A stretch of 51,712 nucleotides of DNA, taken from the IMG/VR virus record IMGVR_UViG_3300012944_000010, positions 1 through 51,712 of that record, one strand, 5' to 3'. The translations under genes were made by a program, and so were the position numbers. Each line of letters starts with the position of its first letter. Within the stretch, counting starts at the first letter, position 1. This DNA comes from a virus (lineage: Duplodnaviria; Caudoviricetes). Below, in pieces: positions 16,481-24,537 of the stretch. The notes under the pieces are model-generated. The model had not been told where the DNA came from. It saw only the letters and a program-made list of their open reading frames with translations, and did no database searches.

Positions 16481-18415
16481 TTGGAAGCTAATAGATTGAG
16501 AGTAGTATTCGACATAGAGGCTAATGGACTTATAAATCCTACGAAGATCTGGCTGATCGTATGTAGAGAGCTTGCTGAGCCCCTGGGTACAGTTGGTGCA
16601 CCCGGCTCTCTACATATCTTCAGAAAGGTATCGGATGATGAGTCAGAGAAGCAAAGGTTTCTGGAATTTAGTAGACAAGTTACTCAATGGATTGGTCATA
16701 ATTGTATTAGTTATGATTGTCCTGTTCTTAATGGATTATTGGGGCTGGTTATCCCCATTGAAAATGTGGTTGATACATTTATTATCTCCAAGTTAGTAGA
16801 TTATTCAAGAGATGGACATAGCATTGAAAGCTATGGGTTAGAGTTTAATATACCTAAGATTTCGTTTAATGATTTTAGTAAATATACATTAGAAATGGAG
16901 ACGTATTGTGTTAGAGATGTGGAAATCTGCCACAGAATATATAACAAGCATAGTGGGGTTATCAATGATCGAGCTTGGCGGACAGCTATTGACGTTGAGC
17001 AAAGCTTCCAGGTGGTTTGTGGGGAGTTGCATAATAATGGCTTTGCTTTCAATGTTAATGATGCAAATAAACTCCATAATAAAGTCACTAAAGAGTTAGC
17101 TGTCTTAGATAAAGCTATCTTAGAACAGTTTCCTCCCAGAGAAGTAATTCTCCGCTATTTCACGCCAAAGGCTACTAAGTTTGGTACCATAAATCGCACC
17201 TCCGTACCACGTAGCCTTTGGCATGAGATAGAGAATTACAAAGTAGGAGAGGAATATCCTGTCCATGGCATCCAGACGTTTAATCCTAGTAGTCATAAAC
17301 AAACTATTGATGTATTGTATGAAGCCGGGTGGAGTCCTATTGATAAAACTATTACTCACATTAAGGCTTTACGTACAAAGGATCAAGAAAAGCTTGACAA
17401 ACTAATTAAATACGGGTATAAAGTAAACGAGAATAACTTAAATACTTTACCTCCTAAAGCACCTGCCCCTGCTAGAACTCTAGCAAAGCGCATCCTGCTT
17501 GAGTCCCGACGAAGAACACTAACCGAATGGTTAGGTCTTGTCCAAGAAGACAATCGCATCCACGGGAAGTTCTACTCGATTGGAGCTTGGACTCACAGGA
17601 TGGCTCATCAAGAGCCTAATACCGCCAACATACTTAACGACACAGACACCCAAGGTAAGCCACGCCTATATGGCGGTGAGATGCGTAGCTTATGGTGTAC
17701 ACCGAAAGATAAGCTTCTAGTAGGTGTCGATGCAGAAGGCATCCAGTTACGCATCTTCGCTCATTACATTGATGATGAGGAGTTAACTAATGCCCTTGTC
17801 AACGGTAGAAAAGAAGATAAGACCGATCCGCATAGTGTCAACCAGAGGATCATTGGTGGTGTATGTCGATCTAGGGCTGCTGCAAAGCGGTTCTTATACG
17901 CGGTCTTTCTTGGAGCAGGATTGCGTAAGGTTGCTGAAATTCTGGACTGCTCAAAAGAAGAAGCAGAAGAGGCATTTGAACGTCTATTATCCCGTTATAC
18001 CGGCTTCGCCAAACTTAAACGTACAATTATACCGGCGGATGCGCGCCGTGGCTTTTTCATGGGGTTGGACGGTAGGCGGGTTCACATATACGGAGAGACA
18101 GTATCCGAACGACGACATCTGGCAATGTCGGGGTACCTCCAAAACGGTGAAGCGGTTGTAATGAAACACGCCACACTTCTCTGGCGTGATAGGTTGATTG
18201 AGAAGAAGATACCATTCAAGTTAGTGAACCTAGTTCACGATGAATGGCAAACGGAATGCCCAAATGATATGAGCATTGCGCTTGCCATTGCACAAGAACA
18301 GTGCACTGCACTGAGAGAGGTAGGTGAGAAACTGAAGTTACGATGCCCCCTAGCGGGGAGTTATGAGACAGACGGACATATTACTATAGGTGATAATTGG
18401 AAGGTGACACATTAG
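16481..18415 (+). CDS. polA: Family A DNA polymerase with 3'-5' exonuclease (T7 gp5-like)
   Basis: FDIEANG (ExoI), GHNCISYD, YCVRDV, THRMAHQEPN, VGVDAEGIQLR (motif A), RAAAKRFLYA (motif B), VHDEW (motif C). Confidence 0.96.
   Translation: MEANRLRVVFDIEANGLINPTKIWLIVCRELAEPLGTVGAPGSLHIFRKVSDDESEKQRFLEFSRQVTQWIGHNCISYDCPVLNGLLGLVIPIENVVDTFIISKLVDYSRDGHSIESYGLEFNIPKISFNDFSKYTLEMETYCVRDVEICHRIYNKHSGVINDRAWRTAIDVEQSFQVVCGELHNNGFAFNVNDANKLHNKVTKELAVLDKAILEQFPPREVILRYFTPKATKFGTINRTSVPRSLWHEIENYKVGEEYPVHGIQTFNPSSHKQTIDVLYEAGWSPIDKTITHIKALRTKDQEKLDKLIKYGYKVNENNLNTLPPKAPAPARTLAKRILLESRRRTLTEWLGLVQEDNRIHGKFYSIGAWTHRMAHQEPNTANILNDTDTQGKPRLYGGEMRSLWCTPKDKLLVGVDAEGIQLRIFAHYIDDEELTNALVNGRKEDKTDPHSVNQRIIGGVCRSRAAAKRFLYAVFLGAGLRKVAEILDCSKEEAEEAFERLLSRYTGFAKLKRTIIPADARRGFFMGLDGRRVHIYGETVSERRHLAMSGYLQNGEAVVMKHATLLWRDRLIEKKIPFKLVNLVHDEWQTECPNDMSIALAIAQEQCTALREVGEKLKLRCPLAGSYETDGHITIGDNWKVTH
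17394..17422 (+). promoter_or_regulatory. Possible internal sigma70 promoter within polA
   Basis: TTGACA-17 nt-TATAAA. Confidence 0.4.
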
Positions 18416-18482
18416 TTGGTTAGATAAATTATTTCCACCATTAATACCACGAAGAGAAGAGTTTATATGGGAGCCAAATGGC

Positions 18483-18665
18483 ATGAAGATTTATGCATTG
18501 AAGTTTAAAGATGAGATTATTAAATTAGGTACGAAAGAGTATGATGTTACATCGGATTACCGATGGGAACATAAAGGAGTTAGGGATCATCTAACAGTGG
18601 TATATGGTACTTTCACAGAGGAAGGTACAATTGAATTATTAAAAGTAGAAGAGGTGAAAGAGTAA
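18483..18665 (+). CDS. Hypothetical protein, 60 aa
   Basis: GGGAG SD. Confidence 0.5.
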   Translation: MKIYALKFKDEIIKLGTKEYDVTSDYRWEHKGVRDHLTVVYGTFTEEGTIELLKVEEVKE

Positions 18666-18842
18666 ATGTTTACGCAGCAAGTTAAAGTTAAGTATTGGGA
18701 GCCTAAGATGGCTACCATTGTATTAGAGACACCAAATAGGCTGACTAGTGTAGAGGCTGAGAATATGGCTCTTGAGGAATTCAAGGAGCAATATCCTGAG
18801 GCTCTAGATTATGTGGTTGAGGAAACAGTAGAACTCAACTGA
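18666..18842 (+). CDS. Acidic hypothetical protein, 58 aa (not in the track)
   Basis: GAGGTG SD; fills the gap before SSB exactly. Confidence 0.55.
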   Translation: MFTQQVKVKYWEPKMATIVLETPNRLTSVEAENMALEEFKEQYPEALDYVVEETVELN

Positions 18843-18843
18843 T

Positions 18844-19341
18844 ATGCCTAGAGAACAAGAAGTAGTTTACCTTAGTGGTAAGATTGCGTGGGGCAGAGGA
18901 CTCTTTGTCCCTTCGCAATTCAATAAATATTCATGTAGATTATATTTAGATCAAGAGTCTTTAAACATTGTACTAGATTTGAAGAAGAGAGGAATACAGA
19001 ATAACGTAACCAAAGATGAAAATGGATATTGGGTTAATCTGTCCCGTCCTTCTCAAATCAATGTACGTGGTGCTCTACGCACAATGGACCCACCTATTGT
19101 TATCGCTTCCGATGGACAACCTTGGGATAAGAACAAGGGAATTGGGGACGATAGTGATGTTACTTGTCAGGTAATCGTCCGTAATTGGAAAGCACCTATG
19201 GGCGGAAAGACAGGTGTTTCTATTAGGTTAGACTCTGTTAGAATTGATAACTTAGTTGAATTTACTAGTACAGATTGGCCTGAAGCAGTCGGTAAGAATG
19301 TTAAGGCTCTAGAAGAACATAAAGTAACTCCTTGGAATTAG
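18844..19341 (+). CDS. Single-stranded DNA-binding protein (T7 gp2.5-like)
   Basis: YLSGKIAW, KYSCRLY, PPIVIASDGQPW...IGDDSDV, RLDSVRIDNLVEF; position after polA. Confidence 0.75.
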   Translation: MPREQEVVYLSGKIAWGRGLFVPSQFNKYSCRLYLDQESLNIVLDLKKRGIQNNVTKDENGYWVNLSRPSQINVRGALRTMDPPIVIASDGQPWDKNKGIGDDSDVTCQVIVRNWKAPMGGKTGVSIRLDSVRIDNLVEFTSTDWPEAVGKNVKALEEHKVTPWN

Positions 19342-20720
19342 CCAGCCTAGTCCACTGATACAGACAGCCTACCCTACTCCCGTAGTGACTCCTGTATATC
19401 AGATGGTTGGCTCTTTTATTAGCAGCTCTGCTGCGCATGTTGCGGAGCAACATTTAATAGGGTGTTGCAGGTACGGTAACGTATTCTGTTCTGAGAGATG
19501 GTTTCGCCGTAAGGCTCTCACTCTAGGTTGCAGGCGAAGTAACAATCTAGCACCCTTTTATTAGCGTAGCTCAACAGCAAGAGCCCCACCTGTATGTGCT
19601 GGCGTGATCCAGTGGGAAACCGTGGGAGATGTAGGTTAAAGTCCTATCGCTATTTGTCCCTTTGTACAAATCTTTGTGCAGTAGTATAAAAGCGCAGGTA
19701 TAGACGGGTTAGAACTAGTAAACGGGTACTACAGGCCCGTGGGTTAGGTTCTCCAGGCCTAACTGTTCCGTCTCGATTACGCACGACGGCTGTCCGAACG
19801 TCGTTACCAGCCCTACGGGGCCAGAAATCCGGTGTTGCGCTCCGGCTGTGACTACACAGCTCCCAATAGGTGAGTTGTAAGGTGATGTGTACAGAGGGAC
19901 AAACTAAGGCTAGATCCTTACGCTGTAACCCCTCCATAAGGTGCAGCATGTGTCGGTAAGTAGGCCATTACTTGCAACCAGCCACATATGTGATCCTCTG
20001 CCCTCGGTGAACCGTCTTAACGGATCACTTAAGATGCTAAAAGACAATGTTAGCTAGTACCGGAAGGTATTCTAGCAGGTTGTGCAGGCAGATCATGGGA
20101 CGTTAAAAAACTCGATATGTTCCGTCTCTGTGGAAGCTAACGTATGTGGAAGTAGTTCCGTAAAGGTCCGCAATTCCTGGATTGTCTGTCCAGGATACGA
20201 CGATAGTCCTCGTGTATGATAAACTACAATCTCCACTCCCTCACTCATTCTTGCCGTGTAGGCATTGCTTTCAAACGCACAGAGCTGTAGAGTAGTAGGA
20301 GATTGAGGCGTCGTGTCAGATAGTGCCGCCGCTTCTCAAAGGTAGACACCAGAGAGATAGGGGAGCTACTGACACTGATTGACGATCAGTCCATAGGCGG
20401 GCAAGTAACGAGTCGTAGGACACAAAGCCCATGCTTTCAAGCTAAAGGGTGATTATAGGAATGAAAAGACTATGAGGCAGTCTAACGCCCTCTGAAGGCA
20501 GTCACTGTACCATCTGGGAAACTTTGTGGATAAACTCATAGTAGCGAATGCTCTGTTAGTTTGCTAACAGAGATACTATTCCCACTGCTTGCATAGTCGA
20601 GGTGGTGCTACAGGCCGTCAACAGATATGCAGCAGCAACCGCAGGAGGTGACAATGTTTCCTATGTGGTATGGGAATAAGCCTCCTTAAGTATTACCGGG
20701 GGGCTAGGTTGTCGTTGCTA
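19340..20720 (+). ncRNA. Large multi-domain structured non-coding RNA region (unclassified)
   Basis: No credible long ORF; about 15 abutting helical domains with G-U pairs and GNRA loops on the + strand. Confidence 0.7.
19560..19654 (+). ncRNA. tRNA-like element with a ~32-nt anticodon loop
   Basis: TAGCG/CGCTA acceptor, GCTC/GAGC D arm, CCCAC/GTGGG stem, GTAGG-TTAAAGT-CCTAT T arm. Confidence 0.6.
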
Positions 20721-20801
20721 TTATAATGAATTCATTTCTTAACAAATTTAGCACCTCTGGTGCGCGCGGCGTAGCCGCTTAACAACAATGGAGATTAAAT
20801 C

Positions 20802-21095
20802 ATGGGTAGCGGCATCTTAGACATGCTTCTACTACAGAGCTTACTCAAACCATCAGGAGGCACTGAGTCATTAGATCAGGCACTTAAATGGATTGAGGAA
20901 TTCAGGAAGACAGAGAAGGAGAAATCTGATAAAGCTAAAGCTAAAGGACCACAACCAGCACCTAAGATATTCTCATTCCCTGATGTTTGTTTCATATTAT
21001 TAGGACTGGGACTACCAGCTGGTTTATTATGGATGTGGGGTGTCTTAGAACTAATTGATATTGTGCAACACAGAGCAGCAGGTATATTTCACTAA
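20802..21095 (+). CDS. Membrane protein with C-terminal TM helix
   Basis: GGAG SD; FILLGLGLPAGLLWMWGVL. Confidence 0.7.
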   Translation: MGSGILDMLLLQSLLKPSGGTESLDQALKWIEEFRKTEKEKSDKAKAKGPQPAPKIFSFPDVCFILLGLGLPAGLLWMWGVLELIDIVQHRAAGIFH

Positions 21096-21098
21096 TTT

Positions 21099-21971
21099 AT
21101 GACTACTTCTATTCACACATTGATAACTGATGTTCGTGATCTACTCAAAACTAAAGGGTGGCTCACAGAGGTATTGGCGAAGGAACTGGGCGATGCAACA
21201 TCAAGATCTATTGGAGAACAGTTCTCCGAAAAACAAAAGGCTCCTTCGCTCCGCCTTTCAGGAATGGGACCGAGATGCCCTAAGGCATTATGGCATAGTA
21301 TACACACGCCGGGAGAGGCTGAACCTCTTCCACATTGGGCTGAAGCAAAATTCTCTTTGGGTCATTTCCAAGAGGCTTATGGCATAACACTTGCCAAGGC
21401 TGCTGGGCATAAAGTTGAAGGAGAGCAACATGAGTGCCACCTTGACGGCGTCAAAGGTCATGTGGATGCTATTGTTGACGGTTGTGTGGTTGATTTCAAG
21501 TCCTGTAGCGGCCGCCAATATCAGAAGTATAAATCCGGGGATATTGGGTTGGAGGGTAATGATTCGTTTGGGTTTCTTTGCCAGCTGGACGGGTACGTTA
21601 CTGCTTGTGGGCAGGATGATCTTGTTCATGTAAAAGACAAAGGCTATATTTTTGCAATGCATAAGGAACTAGGACATGTCTGCCTCTACGAGCACAGAAC
21701 TAGACCGGCTAGCATTCGAGAGCGCATTACTCAATACCGTAGCGTGGTTGAGCGAAAGCATCCGCCTGAGTGCACCTGTAAAACCGTACAACATGGAGCA
21801 AGTGGAAATATTGGTCTTGATACACGAGCTAGCTATGAAGCTTACAAATGGTGTTGTTTCCCCAAACTTCGTTGTTTCATCTACGCCAACGGACCCGCCT
21901 ATCTAACACGTGTAGTGAGGTTGCCAGATGTCCCAGAAGTCGGAAGAGATGGAAAGCTCATGCACACTTAA
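21099..21971 (+). CDS. PD-(D/E)xK exonuclease (Cas4/ExoVIII-like)
   Basis: LRLSGMG..CPKALW, GHFQE, KGHVDAIVDGCVVDFKS, QLDGY. Confidence 0.85.
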   Translation: MTTSIHTLITDVRDLLKTKGWLTEVLAKELGDATSRSIGEQFSEKQKAPSLRLSGMGPRCPKALWHSIHTPGEAEPLPHWAEAKFSLGHFQEAYGITLAKAAGHKVEGEQHECHLDGVKGHVDAIVDGCVVDFKSCSGRQYQKYKSGDIGLEGNDSFGFLCQLDGYVTACGQDDLVHVKDKGYIFAMHKELGHVCLYEHRTRPASIRERITQYRSVVERKHPPECTCKTVQHGASGNIGLDTRASYEAYKWCCFPKLRCFIYANGPAYLTRVVRLPDVPEVGRDGKLMHT

Positions 21972-22090
21972 TCTTAGAGTAACTATAAAAGGAAAGAAAC
22001 AAAGGTTGTGTGATATCTCTTCATCTTTCCTTGAATTAATTAGATCTTATGAAGATCTACATATTTCAATATTAGGAATAGATTTTAACA

Positions 22091-22450
22091 ATCCCAAAGA
22101 TCAGAAATAAGTTCGAACAGAAGATCTCGAACCAGCTTAAGAAAGCTAAGGTGGAGTTTGGCTATGAGAAAGTTCGTATCCCTTACGTTATTCACGGTTG
22201 GTATATTCCTGATTTCATCGTGGATTTACATCTATTTCCTTCCGAAGATAAACGCTTGTATATCGAAACAAAAGGATACTTACGGCCAGAGCATAAACGA
22301 AAGATGGTTGCCGTTCGACGGTGTAATCCCACCCTAGACATAAGGCTGGTGTTCTATGCTCATAACAAGAAATACATAAAGTGGGCAGAGAAGAATGGCT
22401 TTCCGTGGGCTGTAGGCGAAATACCGAAGGAGTGGTTAAAATGTTACTAG
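22091..22450 (+). CDS. T7 endonuclease I-like Holliday junction resolvase
   Basis: In-frame N-terminus RNKFEQKISNQL upstream of the tracked GTG; YE, YIPDF, IETKGY, LDIRLVF, KWAEKNGFPW. Confidence 0.88.
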   Translation: MPKIRNKFEQKISNQLKKAKVEFGYEKVRIPYVIHGWYIPDFIVDLHLFPSEDKRLYIETKGYLRPEHKRKMVAVRRCNPTLDIRLVFYAHNKKYIKWAEKNGFPWAVGEIPKEWLKCY

Positions 22451-22654
22451 GGATGGCAATAGTAGGTTATATCATCTATCTAATATACCGAGAACTAAGG
22501 AGGTAGTAATGGAATACGTAGGCATCGGAGTTCTAATCCTAATAGGGTTTATCTTATTAGGAATGTTGACAGGAAGAGTTAAGTTAGGAGTGGAGTTTAG
22601 ACGACGTGATGATTACTAAACATCCAAAGAACAGACAAGAGCGTAGGAAGCTCG

Positions 22655-22900
22655 ATGAAATTAAAAAGAAAAAGAATAAACCTGCCGGCAAGGCAGATGA
22701 AGCAAGTGACGAAGGAGATATCCTCCGGTAATCTACAAGATCTGATTAGTCCTTTCTTGTACCAAATTGGAGTGCTTAAGCATTCTGAAGAAGCAACTAA
22801 CTTTGTCATCCAGTATAAATCTGGAAGACATTATCTAACATTCGATGTAAAGGGGGTGGAAAAAGTAATTGAGAAATTACAAGAAGGAGACACGATATGA
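22655..22900 (+). CDS. Hypothetical protein, 81 aa
   Basis: AGGAAG SD. Confidence 0.55.
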   Translation: MKLKRKRINLPARQMKQVTKEISSGNLQDLISPFLYQIGVLKHSEEATNFVIQYKSGRHYLTFDVKGVEKVIEKLQEGDTI

Positions 22901-23111
22901 GGACACCAGAGCACAAGTCTTACGACGTGAAGCTAGAAACATGGCCCGGAGGAAGGCACGCAAAGCCGGGCGTATCGGACCTGTTGGTACTGATACTCGG
23001 GAGCTCGATCATACTGGGTCTCATCGCTTTGGTAGCTTATTTAATGTATCTACTCGTGTCGTAACCAGACATGCAAACCGTATCCGACAACCTAAACGCG
23101 GAGTACGTTAA
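22869..23111 (+). CDS. Small basic degenerate HNH-like protein
   Basis: RNYKKE...RELDH...TRVVTRHANR. Confidence 0.55.
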   Translation: MRNYKKETRYEDTRAQVLRREARNMARRKARKAGRIGPVGTDTRELDHTGSHRFGSLFNVSTRVVTRHANRIRQPKRGVR

Positions 23112-23557
23112 TGGCTAGTCTCTCAGGTGGTGGAAGTAGCAACAAATCTATCATAGGTAAATTCTCGGAAGAGTTGAAGAAGATCATCACCTCCGAGTCT
23201 GTCGAGAAAGCCTTGATCGACGAGTTGGCGGAGCGTGAGGCAGATAAGAGAGTTAAGGCTCTCGTCATTGTCTATGACAATCTTCTCAAACTCAACAGTG
23301 ATCTGAACAAGATCAACCGTCCAGACGACATAAAGTATGGAGCAGATCACAAACCTGTTCAAGAATACTTTACCAAATCTAGGATAGAAGAGATCGACAA
23401 AATCAAACAACGGATCGATAAACACGAGAAGGCCATCGCCAAGGGGCTTGACGGAGAGATGAAAGATGTCTACGATCTTGCCCAACAGTCTTCTGGAAAG
23501 AATAAGGACGGCAGTGGAAGCAAAGGTTCAGATCCTCCTGATCCCGAAGCTTCTTGA
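23111..23557 (+). CDS. Coiled-coil hypothetical protein
   Basis: GGAG SD, TAATG coupling. Confidence 0.75.
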   Translation: MASLSGGGSSNKSIIGKFSEELKKIITSESVEKALIDELAEREADKRVKALVIVYDNLLKLNSDLNKINRPDDIKYGADHKPVQEYFTKSRIEEIDKIKQRIDKHEKAIAKGLDGEMKDVYDLAQQSSGKNKDGSGSKGSDPPDPEAS

Positions 23558-23825
23558 TACTCATATAAAGTGGCACACCCGACCTCAAATGAGGCACGGG
23601 TGTGACTGCGATTGGTGTATAGAGAAAGCTGTAGGTACGGCTTACATAGGACGTACCTTCACACCATGGAGAAAATGGGATGAAGCTAAACAAGAATTAG
23701 CACCCTGGGTAGCAAAGGAAGCTCACCCTGATGACATAGGACATTATCTGATCCTATGGGAGAGAGAACGTAAGCGTAAGATTGTGAGAGAAAGATTAAA
23801 ATGGACGAAAGAGCATGCATTATGA
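23466..23825 (+). CDS. Hypothetical protein with CDCDWC motif (start uncertain)
   Basis: ORF bridges its neighbours; ATGA overlap downstream. Confidence 0.5.
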   Translation: MSTILPNSLLERIRTAVEAKVQILLIPKLLDTHIKWHTRPQMRHGCDCDWCIEKAVGTAYIGRTFTPWRKWDEAKQELAPWVAKEAHPDDIGHYLILWERERKRKIVRERLKWTKEHAL

Positions 23826-24364
23826 GTAAGAAATATGATCAGATGAAGAAAAGGATCTATGATTTGGAGTTGTTAGTTGGTTTACAGCCTACGCCTGTAT
23901 CAACATTAAACCCATGCAATTCCGCATGTGAGGAGATTACCATGAATACCGCGAATGCCACCGTTACCGTTGAGAAGAAGACCTACGAGACCGAGCGTCG
24001 CAGTCTACGTGACGCCGTGTTCACCGCCAGAACGACAAAGGATAGCGAACTCCGGAAACACTACAACATCGACTGCATCGACTCTGAGGATCTATCTCCC
24101 AAGGAGTTGGTCGACGCGATCAAGTCGGACAAGTTCAAATACAAGGAAGATGGCGAGTACTCCGAAAAGAAGAACTGGTACTGCTCTCCCCTGAGCGGAA
24201 TCTGCTTCTGTGATCCGGACAAGAAGCCCAACCACGAAGACTACTACAAGGCTCGTGACAAGATGACCGAGGATGCCAATAAGGTGAACCTCGACATCTC
24301 CGTTCTGGAGCCGTCTGAAAGCCTCAAGTCTTACCGCAAATTCGAGGAGAGGAAGTATCACTAA
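23822..24364 (+). CDS. Hypothetical protein, last gene of the + arm (alternative start ATG 23942 with GAGGAG SD)
   Basis: Host-like codon bias from 23942 onward. Confidence 0.7.
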   Translation: MSKKYDQMKKRIYDLELLVGLQPTPVSTLNPCNSACEEITMNTANATVTVEKKTYETERRSLRDAVFTARTTKDSELRKHYNIDCIDSEDLSPKELVDAIKSDKFKYKEDGEYSEKKNWYCSPLSGICFCDPDKKPNHEDYYKARDKMTEDANKVNLDISVLEPSESLKSYRKFEERKYH

Positions 24365-24475
24365 TTAGCACCCATGAAGACTGACCGGCATCCATAAGTC
24401 CGGCACACAAATAGTCTTCATAATAATTGTTTGTGTATGGGGATGACTGCACGCTAGCTAGATCGCTCACAAACG

Positions 24476-24515
24476 AAAGAACCCCCAGCGGCCTTTTGGC
24501 TACTGGGGGTTTTTT
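24476..24515. terminator. Bidirectional intrinsic terminator where the arms converge
   Basis: AAAGA-ACCCCCAGCGGCC-TTTT-GGCTACTGGGGGT-TTTTT. Confidence 0.9.
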
Positions 24516-24537
24516 AGTGTCTGGATTCTGCTATAGA

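Noticed and set aside
19650-19949. 99-aa minus-strand ORF in the structured region
   Set aside because: Antisense to the whole arm, no clear SD, no protein-like motifs; + strand RNA structure explains the sequence better
19340-20720. Group I/II intron, RNase P RNA, tmRNA or hammerhead ribozyme
   Set aside because: No interrupted host gene, no group II domain V, no GAGGAAAGUCC, no TTCGA T-arm with CCA end and no correctly placed CUGAnGA/GAAA core found by eye; a covariance-model search is still needed
21099-21971. Cas4 as part of a CRISPR system
   Set aside because: No other cas genes or array; stand-alone PD-(D/E)xK exonucleases are routine in phage replication modules
2801-24364. Phage RNA polymerase or integrase/repressor lysogeny module
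   Set aside because: No ORF with single-subunit RNAP or recombinase motifs
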